Assembly: GCA_043228905.1 (NCBI GenBank)
Contig: JBHGNT010000016.1
Span: 6,076,001-6,140,000 of the forward strand
Origin: Azolla caroliniana
Lineage: Eukaryota > Plantae > Polypodiophyta
Length of the DNA: 64,000 bases
Reading direction: 5' to 3'
In this document: piece after piece, positions 25,344-37,020 of the stretch
Position numbering within the stretch: the stretch's first letter is position 1
How the letters are laid out: every line of letters starts with the position of its first letter
The notes under the pieces: generated by a model
Seen by the model: only the letters and a program-made list of their open reading frames with translations
What the model was told of the DNA's origin: nothing
The model's database searches: none
Made by a program: the position numbers and the translations under genes

Positions 25344-26464
25344 GTATGCATCCTTTGAAGAATTTGGAGACTCATCCATATTCATGAAAACACTACCATC
25401 CATATGACAAGAAATAGGAGAGAGCTCACTTACAAGTAATTGTGTTGGAGAAGGAATCAAAGCAAGATATCATGAGATGCATGCAACCGAATGGATTTTT
25501 TACTCGTAACGCTCTACCAAGACCACAAATGATACGTGCAAGTAATCTTTAGAAACCTCTATGCGCAGGCTTTGAAACGAGCTAAAGAACAAAGGAAATG
25601 GACACCGTAGCAAGAATATACATCAAAATTAGTGTTTGTCATTCTCCAACATCTCCCAACTTTGCATTTCTCCGCTCTCTCTCTCTCTCTCTCAAGCTCC
25701 CAAAGTTTGTCTTGTTTCGTTAGGAAGGCTCTCTTGGCACATAACACGACCGAATTGCTCATCCGCTTCCTCTACCAGCCTGCCAACAAAGCGATAGTAT
25801 TTTGGATTTTTTGTGAAAATGAGGAATATCTCTACAACATTCCCGTTTTGTATCGACGTAGACACGATGTCACTTTCAAGTGTACATGTGGATATACTCA
25901 TGCATGTGTAGATGTATGTAATTTCATGCTAATTTAGCATTCAATGACTGGTCCTTAGAAATGTGGCATTGAGCTTGGATACATGAAATCACAAGAATAA
26001 ACAAAAAAAAAACAAAGAATGCTCACTTTAGCACCATTACTCCAACCAATGCAACAAATTAATTGCTCAAATAGGAACATGGTGTGAATGGACAATTTAT
26101 TATTAGGGAGTAAAACAAGGCTTCGTTGATCATCAAACTTGTAGAATTGTCAACATTCGACAACTAAATTCAAGCTTGACCTAATGATAAAAGCTCTTGA
26201 TTACTTGAGAAAAACAATGGTACAATTATTCATTTGATAAAAAAGGAGTAAAAACAAACGATAATGCAAAGGAGGTGCATAGATCTAATTACAAAACTAG
26301 AATGGAATCTAATAGTGTACACCATGTTCATTTAAAATTTATGCATGATCTTCCCACACCCACACAAAGGATATCCATGTGTCTCTTATAAATAAAGGAT
26401 AGAGTAGTTATGTATTATTCTATCACATTTTCTCATCTAATCAAGCTAACCTCCAAGAAGAAAT

Positions 26465-27775
26465 ATGCATTCCCATGTTGTGGCTGAGCACTACAAGGCT
26501 TCAGGACCTATAGAATTGACGGTGTCAAAGAATGTATTGAGCTTGAGTGGAGAAGGTTTCACCATCTCTGATGCTGAAGGCAATGTGGCCTTCAAGATGG
26601 ATGGCCACGCCCTTAGCCTTCGAGATCGTTGCACCCTCCTCGATCACGACAACAATCCAATCTTGACTGCTCGCAAAAAGGTTCAACTCTTCCATTTCAC
26701 ATTAAATCCCCCCCCCCCCCAACCAACCAAACAAATGTTTGAGATTCACACATACATGTTTTGAGCATGGTGGCAACATTAGGAACTATGTTGGTCATTA
26801 GAATTACAATTATTGAACATTTATATGTATCAATAAGATGGTAGAATATTTGCAATTTGTATTGTTATGTAGAAGTCTATGCTTGTTTGTAATGGATTAC
26901 ACCAATTGTTTGAACATTGTTTGGAATGCAATAAGGTAGCTACTATTATGCGGTCATTGTTAATGTTTTCTTATGGAGCCCATTTTTATCCTTGTTCGCA
27001 AACTATTTATAGATAATGGGTTTCAACTCCAACTTTCTGCGCACAATTATTAGTTCAATCAATGTAAATAATTATATATAATGGAAGAAACATGCAAGAA
27101 GAGAACGACACGTATGTTTCAAATAGTAGGCACAACAATTTTTCAAACAGGAAATCATGAAAAGCTAAATGAAGAGGTGATATTAATTGCATGGATGTGT
27201 GGTTGCAGCTCTTAACCTTGCATGATAGGTGGGGCGTTTGCAAAGGAGCGCACTTTGATGATGATGACTTGATTTTCACTATCAAGAAGACCTCTATGGT
27301 ACAATTCAAAACACATTTGTATGTGTTTCTTCGTGGCAATGATAACGATGATGCACCTGATTTTGAAGTCAAAGGCAATTTCTTTGAGAGGGAGGCTCAT
27401 ATCCTCCACGGTGAACAAGTTATTGCCGAGGTATGTCATAAATCTTCACGTGTCATCCTCCTAGGATACATTAATGATTATCATAATTGATAAATCCATA
27501 AATCATATCAATCATGAAGATATCCCTTATGTGTGTACAATGATGTTGATCGTGGCTTCACGAACATTGTTTGATTCTTAAATGAGTGGTAAAACTAATG
27601 TTTAATGACTTGAGTGGCTAAAATTTACCTTTCCTCTTTTTAGGTCAAGCGTAAATTCACAGTCGGAAATGTGCTACTCGATAAACACACATTTACGGTT
27701 GACGTGTTTCCTCATGTTGACCAAGCTTTCATTGCTGCCCTTATTATAATCATGGACCTCATTCACGAGGATTAA
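26465..27775 (+). CDS. LURP-one-related (Tubby C-terminal-like/LOR) protein, ~189 aa; exons 26465-26680, 27209-27430, 27644-27775
   Basis: GFTISDAEGNVAFKMDG, LLDHDNNPILTARKK, LTLHDRW, DFEVKGNFFER and VFPHVDQAFIAALIIIMD. Introns are phase-0 GT-AG, and TATAAATA lies at ~26388. Confidence 0.92.
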
Positions 27776-28039
27776 TGATTGCTCAAGTATAAGAAAAATG
27801 TAATAATCCGATGCAGAATTATCTTTGGATATTTTTTTTATAATCCAATACTTCATCAATAAGAGTTGTTCTTATTATCTTGTTTTTTTAACAAATTTTT
27901 AACTCATAAGGTTCAATTATGGCACATAAAATGATATGTTGATGTGGGAAGTGCATTGGAGGAAATATAAGTTAAACTATGAATATCAAAAAGGTTGAAT
28001 GTTAGAACAAGGAAAGGGTGTGGTAAGAAAAATAACTTA

Positions 28040-28158
28040 AAGGATTCGTTCAAATGGTAAGAGCTTATGTTGTGAGTGGGAGATAAGAGGTTTGTGTCCT
28101 ATTTAGACCATAGGAGATTAAGTGGATAAATGAATGTGATGGTAGACATTGTGATTAC
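28040..28158 (+). mobile_element. tRNA-derived SINE-like repeat, copy 1
   Basis: Degenerate A box (28047-28057) and B box (28089-28099), followed by the tail agattaagtggataaatgaatgtgatggtagacattgtgatta, which is shared with the copy at ~36900. Confidence 0.55.
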
Positions 28159-28854
28159 GTTATTGCTATCATTAGAGGCCAAAAGAAAAAAAGTAGAGCA
28201 TGCACGTAAAAATAAAACGCCAAAATAAAAATAAGTTGTGGTGTGTGCCAAAATAAAAAAACGTCCCCTCTAAATTTATTTGTGAGAGAGGCTCTCAAAT
28301 CTATAAAAAGGTGGAGAGGGCTGTTTGTTTGGGGGAAAAAAAGTTACAAACTCGGAAGCGTTGCCGAAACTTGAAGAGAGAGCTAGGGTTGCGAATCAAG
28401 AGGCGTGTAATACCAACATCTACAAGAGGTGACGTGACCGTGTCATTTGTTGGGGCGTTCCACCGAAACTCGAGAATCTCCCTGTGAATCTCTACTCGTG
28501 ATGTTATCCTCTTTGTTTACTCCTATCTTATTCCTATCCTTCTTCCATCTCTTGTTCACTCCATGTAACATGAATTTTTGGCTTGGAATTACGACATTGG
28601 GACGCAAAGAAAGTGGTGTAAAACAAGTCATTGAATCGTCTCGTGGGGAAACTTGTCACGTCGATACGAAGTGTTCGTCATGAGGATCACGATAGATTTT
28701 TTTGGATTTTAATTCGGACCTCTGAGCAGTAGTAGAGTCATTTTGTAAATTTTTCTGACGATGGACCACTTGCCACCACTACATCGCCGACTACCACTGT
28801 CCACCAACAACAGCCACCCAGTCTACTACCGTTGGCAGTTGTTGTCACTCGACA

Positions 28855-29275
28855 CTAATATATATAATAAATAATTACTAAATAGTAAATAAGAATAAAT
28901 TAATAATACGAGATTTTAATTAATTAATTAATATTATGATATATATATATATAATAACTAAATCATATAAATAAGATAAATAATTTACATATAATAAATA
29001 ATTAGTAAATATAAAAAGATAACAAATAGTAATAGTAAGAAAATAACAATAATAACTATTTATAATAGTAATAAATTATAAAGTTTAAAATATAAAAAAA
29101 CAGCAAATAAACCTAAAATAGTGATAAGAGTTTAATAATAGTATGGAAACAAATAAATAAATAGATAATATAATATAATAATAACTAGTTAATAATAATA
29201 ATAATAACAACAACAACAATGACAATGACAATAATAATAACAATAATTAATTAATTAAATTAAATTAAATACCAA
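28855..29275. repeat. Extremely AT-rich low-complexity tract with (AAT)n/(AAC)n/(TA)n
   Basis: Visible directly in base composition and short-period repeats. Confidence 0.85.
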
Positions 29276-29583
29276 TGTTAAATGTTATAGACGTACCTCT
29301 CTCATCGACAAATACTTACACATAATCGACTTTCAATTTAAAACAGGCAGTTACCTTCCACTAACCAAGACACTGGATCAAGTTCTCAAATCAACTCATA
29401 TTCTCACGTTCAAGTTCTCTGTGGTTCCGCTCTAATTCACATGTGCGCACGTAACTTCACGACAACAAGGAAATGTATCAAAACATGCATATATATCATT
29501 TGATAGTCACTTTCAATATGACCCATAAGATTAATCTAGGACCAACATAACATGGGTGCACAAGTAAAAGGTCGATGAGTTGC

Positions 29584-29813
29584 CCTATCTCATGATCAGT
29601 TCTGGTTATGCAAGTAAATGTGCTAAATTAGCCCCACAAGTTTGTAGACTTTTCCCAACTCTCTGACATATTGGTTTATTTGCCTATTTGATCAATCTTT
29701 TAGTTCGCAAAGTACATCAAAACACACTTCCCTCAAATAGACATTGCAAGAGTGTAGTCTTTTTAAGTGGAGGAGTATGTTACATGCATAACCATAACTG
29801 ATCATGAGATAGG
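29584..29813. repeat. 34-bp inverted repeat pair enclosing ~160 bp (fold-back; MITE remnant or hairpin RNA)
   Basis: cctatctcatgatcagttctggttatgcaagtaa (29584-29617) matches the reverse complement of 29780-29813 with 2 mismatches. Confidence 0.8.
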
Positions 29814-30705
29814 TTTTTCGTAGTTTCTCCTAATGTTACGATGAGTATGTGTGAGTTAATTGTGAAAGGAAGGAGTGTATGGATTGTAATATTCAATTCT
29901 ACCCAATGGGATATCTATTAAGTGTGTTTTCACTTGACCACTTCACGTAAAGTAGTCACGTGTGAAAGCTTTAGGACCTAGGGTTTCTGCTTATATAAGA
30001 AGGCTAGCGACCTTCATATCATGGAGGCTTGACTTATGTTGAGACTATGATAATGTGGTTATGGCTCTTGTTAAGCATTTGTATTCCTCGCAGTATCCGA
30101 GGTATGACATGTGTCAACCCTCGATGGTATGGGACATTGAGGAGGTTCAGGTTTGTCTCACGCTGTTGCCAACCGGTGTTTGGGTGGATTGGCATCCATC
30201 TTTCCTTTCTTTGGTCTATAATTCCTTATGTTTGGTTTAATTAATTAGTTAGACTCTAACAGGTACCCATCATGATTTTAGTAGCTTAGACACTAACATT
30301 GGCATGCAATAGGAGAAACACATGAGGATGCGAGTTTGTGCATGAGGAAAATGGAGAAAGAAGTAGCATATAAGTCAGTGTCGAATAGATTAAACTATTG
30401 TAAAACACTATACGTGTTTTTGTTCCTTATTAAGTCTTATTCTTCACTCGAGAAATTTATTGATCTTATTAATCGGTACTACTACCCGTTACATAAGAGC
30501 ATGACCACATTGTATTGGTGTCGACAAAGCACATATCTTAAGATTTGATTCCACGTATTCTCTTCAATATCGTACTAGTGTGAACAAAAATTCCAACTAT
30601 TGTGTACTCAAGGAATGTCATGGAAGCTTCAAAAGTGAGTTCCTTGCAAATTTGCTAACATAAGCAAACAACATTTGACAAATATCCACAATGTCACAAA
30701 TGTAT

Positions 30706-31365
30706 TGTTAGGAAACAGGTCCCTCCGGATGAGAAGTGAGAAGAATAGTGTTGACGAGCAACTTGGCCGAGGCCGAATCCGGATGTGGAGTACCCGGCAA
30801 TGGAAGACCCGGTGAGAACTGGATGACGAGTACCCGGCAAGGAAGACCCGGTGAGAACCGGATGTTGCAGGCCTGGTGAGAACCTCTCATCGGATGGAAG
30901 GGACATATATGTAAATATGTTCCAGAGAGCCCACCGGGGATATATTTGTAAATAGCTTGAAAGTCATATTAATATAAATATGACCTAGGGCAAACTTAAT
31001 AAAAGATGATGTAGAGTTGGTTGTGTTATTATCATTGTGGCGATAATTCAGAGTGCAACTGCGCACAGAGAAGAGAGAGAGAGAGGAAGAGGTTGTTGCC
31101 TCTGTTGTAACTGCTTGGTGGCAAAGCGAGGGAGCAAGAGGTCGTTGCCTCTGTGCCCCATTGTTGTAATCTTGATATAGTGATATTCTGCAGTCTGAGG
31201 GCTGCCGTGGTTTTACCCAGTTTTGGGTTTTCCATGTTAACATCTAGTGCACTCTCTTCTTTACTGTTTCGTGTGTAGATACATCTCACCACATCCTTGT
31301 TTTCTGTGATCGATCTGACGTCTCGGTTGTGGTCGAGCATAGCATAGGAAACCGTATTCCTATCA
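30706..31365 (+). mobile_element. Solo LTR (660 bp), probably Copia-type
   Basis: Termini TGTTAGGAA...TTCCTATCA with a perfect 5-bp TSD TGTAT (30701-30705 and 31366-31370). It has internal ~40-bp tandem units (gagtacccggcaa.ggaagacccggtgagaac) and the LTR-like motif gggttttccatgttaacatct. Confidence 0.88.
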
Positions 31366-31582
31366 TGTATACACTTTAATAAACTCAGAAAACAAGTTAT
31401 AAACATTGCTCTAAGTTTGTTTACAATGCTCATCCTTCAAACCACATCCATGACTTTCTTTCCACGCAATGCCAATTTGGTCTTCTCTCTCTCTTTGGCC
31501 AAACACATTCCTCTTCACAATTACAATGTCCAAGCATGCATGCACACACATAGACTCTATGCCTTTGTATATCTATTGCAAT

Positions 31583-32231
31583 TAGCAATTGGCAATGGTT
31601 TGGTTTGAATCGAACCGAGCCTTGCGAAACCATGGCTTAACAGTTTAAACGATTCAGTCGGTTTAGTTTTTTGTAAATGGTTCGGTTTCGGTTCGAGCTT
31701 TTATCGATTTAAATGGTTTGAATCGCGGTTCAAACGGTTTTTAAAATTAAAATTTGAAATATTGAAAAATTTAACATTTGTAAATTTAAAATGTGAAAAT
31801 TCGAATTCTGACCTTAACTTGAAAACCATAAACCGAATCGCGAAACCGCGGTTTTAACAGTTTCAAGGTTTGAAAGTCTATAAAACCATTTGGTTTGAGT
31901 TAAATTGAATGTTTTGTAACAAGACATTATCACCTTCATAGGCCTCTCGAAGCCTTGTGGTAGCTTAGGCTTAGGAGATATGGGAAAAAGGTTACAGGGT
32001 AACAAGATATTCAATGTTCATTGACATAGTGGACTGTTTTTGTATATTGCCTTTGGCCACTCTAATTTTAATACCAAATGGAGGATATTTTTATGTGGAA
32101 ATTGAAAGTTTTGTAGCGGTTCGGTTTAAGTTTCAAAATTGTTAAACGGTTCGGTTTAAAATAGTTCGAGTTGGAAACTCTCGAACCGAACCAAACCGAG
32201 CCGAGCCGAACCGAGCCGTTGCCAATTGTTA
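31583..32231. mobile_element. Non-autonomous hAT-like DNA transposon (MITE)
   Basis: TIRs TAGCAATTGGCAATGG / CCGTTGCCAATTGTTA with dense subterminal AACCG/CGGTT/CGAACC repeats at both ends. The TSD is not clean. Confidence 0.75.
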
Positions 32232-32462
32232 AAGATTTTTGCAATGTTCAATTAATAGAAAGAAATGCTTGAACATGGAGAGACACTCACTACTAGTCTG
32301 TATTTCAGACCGATTTGGGTGGGATTCGATCCCAAGACCCATTTATTTGCTCCCCTGTTCCTGTTCCTGCTTCTCCTGCTTCTGCTCCTGCTTCTCCTGC
32401 ATCTTCTGCAGGCTTGATTTAGGGTTTCCTTCCTCTCCATCCTCTTGCTTCCCTGCTTTCGA

Positions 32463-35400
32463 ATGGCTTCCCCCGCTCCGTGCCCCCCTGATGAGGAGAC
32501 CATGTCCAGTGCCCTCGCCTCCATCTCCAGCAGACGGGAGAAAGCCTCCAAAGCCCTCTCTGCCCTTGAAGGCCACAGGAACCTCATCTCCTCTTGCATC
32601 CACAAGTGGCAGGAGCTGGAACGAAGCTTCGGCGTCGCAGAACGGTCTCTGCAGCAGAAATTCAAAGAGCTCTCCGAACGGGAGAAGGAATTCGATGCCA
32701 AGATGGAAGAGATGAGAGGAGGTCTGGAGAAGAGAGAGGGCTCGATACAGAACAGAGAGGAGGCATCGTTGGCCCGTGTGAAAGAGCAGAAGGACTCAGC
32801 GATTGCTGCGATCCTCGAAGAGAGGAAAAAAGTCGAGGAGCAAAGGTTGCGGAAGGGTGATGGAGTGGAAGAGGAGGTTAAGTATACAGAGAAGATTAAA
32901 GATTCATATGAGAAGAATGTATCAGAAGAGAATGTGTCAGAGAAGAAGGCATTAGATAATGATGTGACAGAGAAGAATGTATCAGAGAAGAAAGAAAAGG
33001 AAAAAGAAATGGAAACGGAAAAGGAAAAGGAAAAAAATAAAGCATCAGGATCCTTCAAGAATGATAAAGAAATGCAACAAAAGGCTGTACAGAAGAAGCC
33101 TTGCGGAAATTTAGAAGCGCAGCAAAAGGATGAGAATCAAAACAAGAAAACAAAACCTGAGAAAGAAACAGGAATTTATGAAATGGATATGAATAAAAAG
33201 AAGAGGAAAGATTCACAACATGGCGAGGATGCAGCAATTGCAAAGCGTATCAAAGAAGTTTCTATACCGAAGAGGAATAATCGGAGCTCTGATGGTGCAA
33301 TAAGCCTCGAAGAAGCCATAAGCCAAGCTAAAGGAGCTTCGGATGGTCAAGTTCTGTCTCAAATGAAGTTTCTTATAGAGAAAAGTGATGGAAAAGGTCT
33401 TCGAGAACTCATTTCTCAACACATCAAAGAGATACCGGAGAGAGGAACGGAATTGCGCTCTGCTCTTCAGGCTTGTAATGATCCTTGCCGTATCATCTTA
33501 AAGGCTTTTGATGTCTATGAAGATGTGAAGAGAGCCACTTTCATCAACAAAAATTGCCAAGCGTGTATACTTCTTTTGGAGAATCTTTCAGAAGTTATTG
33601 CCGATCCGATCCTAGGATCAGGTTACCCTGTAGTTCCTGTTGATGTTCGAGAGGATGCAAAGGTGGTAGCTAGGCATTTGAAATCGAGACTTGAGATTCA
33701 GAGAAGAGATGATTATAACCTTGAAGTTCATCTCTTTTTGCAATTTCTTGCAACATTTGGGCTTGGTACCGAGTATAGTGATAATGAATTGTTGAGCTAT
33801 GTTGTTTCCATATCTCGTCGTGGCATGGCGCCATCGTTGTGTCGAGCTCTTGGGTTAACCGAGAGGATACCAGGTCGGTGCTCCAAATGATTCATAGATT
33901 AAAAGCATCATATGGTAAATTGATTAGAGAGTTCTTAAATTTGAACCAAGGAAGTATAGGAGGATTAGTCATGACTTAGCATTAAAAAAGTTGGTATGAT
34001 ACATTGTTAGTGCTAGTACTTGCCAGTTATTTAAAACATGTTTTGAAAATGAGTGTATATTATGGTTAGTGCCTAAACAATCCATGGGTCAAGCATGAGA
34101 CATAATTGACGCTTTAAGTGTAGGATTAAAAGATTTCTTGATCTAAACTCAAGGAAGTTCTGAAGGATTAGTCCAAAATTAGAATTGACTTGAGTTTTCC
34201 AAAATGCGTTTTAAAGAGGATAAAGTACGTTGCTGTTCTGTTCAAACTATTGATTGGTTAAGCATCAAATTTCCATTGGTTGGAACAAGTAATTTTCAAA
34301 TCCTAATATGGCACACTTGTTTTTTAAATGCATTTCAAAAATGTCAGTAAAACATTGTTGGTGCACAAAATAATCCACGTATCAAGCTGTAGACATTCAA
34401 TTGCTACCTGGCTGGTGCTGAATAATTAATGGTTTAGTATACGAAAATTGATTAAAGATTCTTAGATTTAACTGAGGAAATTTTTGAGGGATTAAACCTA
34501 ACATTCATTGTTTGACTGCTTAAAATTATAGCCTCTTCGCAGTCTTGCGACATTTTTGAGATTTTGTTCAGTGCATGCCTGATAGCGACTACAATGTTAA
34601 ATACTAGCATTTGTGAAGGATGAAACAGACCAGAAATTAGGTGGAAGCTATCTAATTAGAATTTTTTCTGCTATATTACTGCTTACTAACAAACCATATT
34701 CTATACATTGAAAACATTTTTTGTTTTAGACGAACGTTTTTTCTTTTATTTTGAAGCCCTGATTACTAATCTTAAATATTCCATTTTGAATGCACAGTAT
34801 TAGTTGACAGACTTATTAAAGAAGGGAAGCAGCTAGAGGCAATTTCGTTTGCATCATCATTTGGTATAATGGACAAGATTGATCCAGGCTATCTTCTGAG
34901 AGCATACTTGGAAGATTCAGAACGAGCAGCTCAGTTATTGGTAGAGAAAGCTCGATCAAAAGCATCTGGTTTGGTGTGTACAATATAAATCAGTTTTCTG
35001 ATCAAGTTATATTTCAAGTGTCTTTTAACTCTAATGAAGATCTACATTTGGTGGCAGAACGATGCTCATGTGAAACAGGTTTCAGCCCTAAAAAGTGCCG
35101 TGAAAACCATAGAAGAGTATAACTTGGCCTCCTTCATGTCTCCAGAGAGTTTGAAGAAGCGGATCGTAGCACTGGATGAGGAAAAATCTGAGAGGAAAAG
35201 GGCATCCACGGTGTTTAAGCAAGAGAGAAAGATTACCAAGAGTGTCCAAGAAATGAGTAATGTTGTTGATATAGGCCTTGGCTCAGATCCTAATACTGTC
35301 ATTGGCTCCAAGTCTAGTAATGCTTCAAATGCTGGTGAAAGAGGCCAATATGTGCTTACTGATCTTGGTCGGCCTATGGGACGCAGTAATTATGTAGGTA

Positions 35401-35813
35401 CAGACTTGGGACCATCCTATCATTCTTCTTATGGTTTAGCTAGTCAATATGACTATGAAAGAAGACCAGAATCTATACATAGTTCGGGATATGGATACAA
35501 TGGCAGAATCCCAATATCACAATCTAATTCATATGTGAGAGAAGCAGTTGGTCCTGCATTGAGTGGATCGGATTTGCGCATATCAACTGCATCATCATAT
35601 CCGGGAATTTTGGGATCTAATGGTAACTACCCACATGGCTCCATTTTACCTCTCTCCAACTATCCACGTGGCAGTGTACCTTCATCCAACTACCCACATG
35701 ACAGTAATGTACCGCCATCTAACTACCAACATAACACCAATGTTCCCCCATCCAACTACCCACATACCAACAATGTACCCCCATCCAACTACCTTCCTTA
35801 TTATAGACGGTAG
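32463..35813 (+). CDS. FRIGIDA-like protein, ~780 aa; exons 32463-33873, 34798-34973, 35058-35813
   Basis: N-terminal coiled coil (KWQELERSF..SLQQKFKEL). The FRIGIDA domain has DGKGLRELI, ALQACNDPCRIILKAF, CILLLENL, FLQFLATFGL, LCRALGL|..LIKEGKQLEAISFASSFG..LLRAYLED and ALKSAVKTIEEYNL. The 3-exon structure is typical of the family. Confidence 0.93.
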
Positions 35814-36899
35814 GCAGGGTGATATGATTCCTTGTGTTATATGAAATGGATTTTATTTTGCTGTGATATGCTCTCTTTTTTTTACGAGAAGGAGAAAGTA
35901 TATCTCCTGTTTTCAGGAGAAGGCAACAGATAATAACAAGGTCTTTCAGTCGTTTGAAGGAGAAATTACATAACCATAATGGGTTTTGCTGGACTGACAA
36001 TTGGTTTGGAGACCTATTTTTCTTCCCCTGAGATATTCGAGTTGTTGCAATGACTCTGGTGTTAATTCAAATGTAGCTCGTTGCACTCTTGAATACCATT
36101 TGTTCGTGTTGCCAATTTTGTCAAAACAATATGTATGGATTAATTCAAGCAATAGAAGTTTAGGCTGTGCAGAATATTGAACTATGGTTTTATGCAAGCA
36201 TCACAAGATTTCTATGCTTCTAATCTTCAACTATCTGTATGGTTTTATCCAAGCGACATAATATGTTTATACATTTAGTTAAGTCTTAAATCATGTGTAT
36301 GGTTTTGATCAAATAACATACACATGCTTAGTAGATTCTTCAACTATTTGTGTAGTTTTATGTAAATGTGTTAGGTGATGTGTATGTTTTGTTCCTAATT
36401 TGTTGTTCATCACATTGCACCTACGATTTGTGTTAGATGTAATCAATGATCAACCCCAAGTTGTCAATTTATCCCCGCATGTATTCGTAGAATGCACATT
36501 TTGTGATAGTGCGCCAAATGAGAAATAGCTATTGTCCAACCTAGCCATTTGGGTCAACACAATGTAGGAAATTGCAGATGATTTGGACAAAATGTATTTA
36601 GGAGAGAGGAAGTAGAGTAATAGGATTGACTAGTCAAGTTGGAAGAATATTATGTGGGCAAATTAAGATGTACTTAGTCTTGAGGTATGTGCCATTGGCT
36701 TTAAGATAAGTAATATCTAATACTAGCTTGTATCTTGGAGCTAGATCATATTAAATGACAAGCCAGTTGACAAAAAAGGAATATCCCCACTACTATCAAT
36801 TGACTTGCACATTTAATGATACCGAAACCAAACAAAGAATATAATCCACTCTCTTTGTGTCTTACATAATGATTGTGACTATTATTTTTCCCCACTAAT

Positions 36900-37020
36900 T
36901 TGTATTTGATTAGTGGATATTCTACCTAAGCTCTTTTTGGGAGGTCAAAGGTTTGAATCTTATTTGGGCAATATAAGATTAAGTGGATAAATGAATGTGA
37001 TGGTGGACATTATGATTATC
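36900..37020 (+). mobile_element. tRNA-derived SINE-like repeat, copy 2
   Basis: A-box-like TTGATTAGTGG (36906) and B-box-like GGTTTGAATCT (36950) are 44 nt apart, followed by the same tail as the copy at 28040. Confidence 0.55.

Larger units (their letters stand above)
10700..25560 (-). mobile_element. Degenerate L1-clade LINE (ORF1 with DUF4283/zinc knuckle, ORF2 APE-RT), interrupted by two Ty3/Gypsy insertions; ends approximate
   Basis: ORF1 fragments: VPWRP..CPVWVEV and CFHCG (18797-19465). APE: KITAWNVRGL (~18330), MGDFN, SRLDRMY, DHFP. RT: QWRPISL, DIEKAYDNVDW, RQGFLVSPLLF, DD. Post-RT: LAWNHVCTLKRLGG. ORF1 continues in frame across the Gypsy TSD at 19610/25348 (SKDAY|MVES). Many stops and frameshifts. 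Confidence 0.88.

Noticed and set aside
30780-30895. CRISPR-like repeat array
   Set aside because: Tandem ~40-bp units without unique spacers, inside a eukaryotic solo LTR.
32252-33058. 268-aa antisense ORF over FRIGIDA-like exon 1
   Set aside because: The S/F-rich mirror of a K/E-rich coding strand; no independent evidence.
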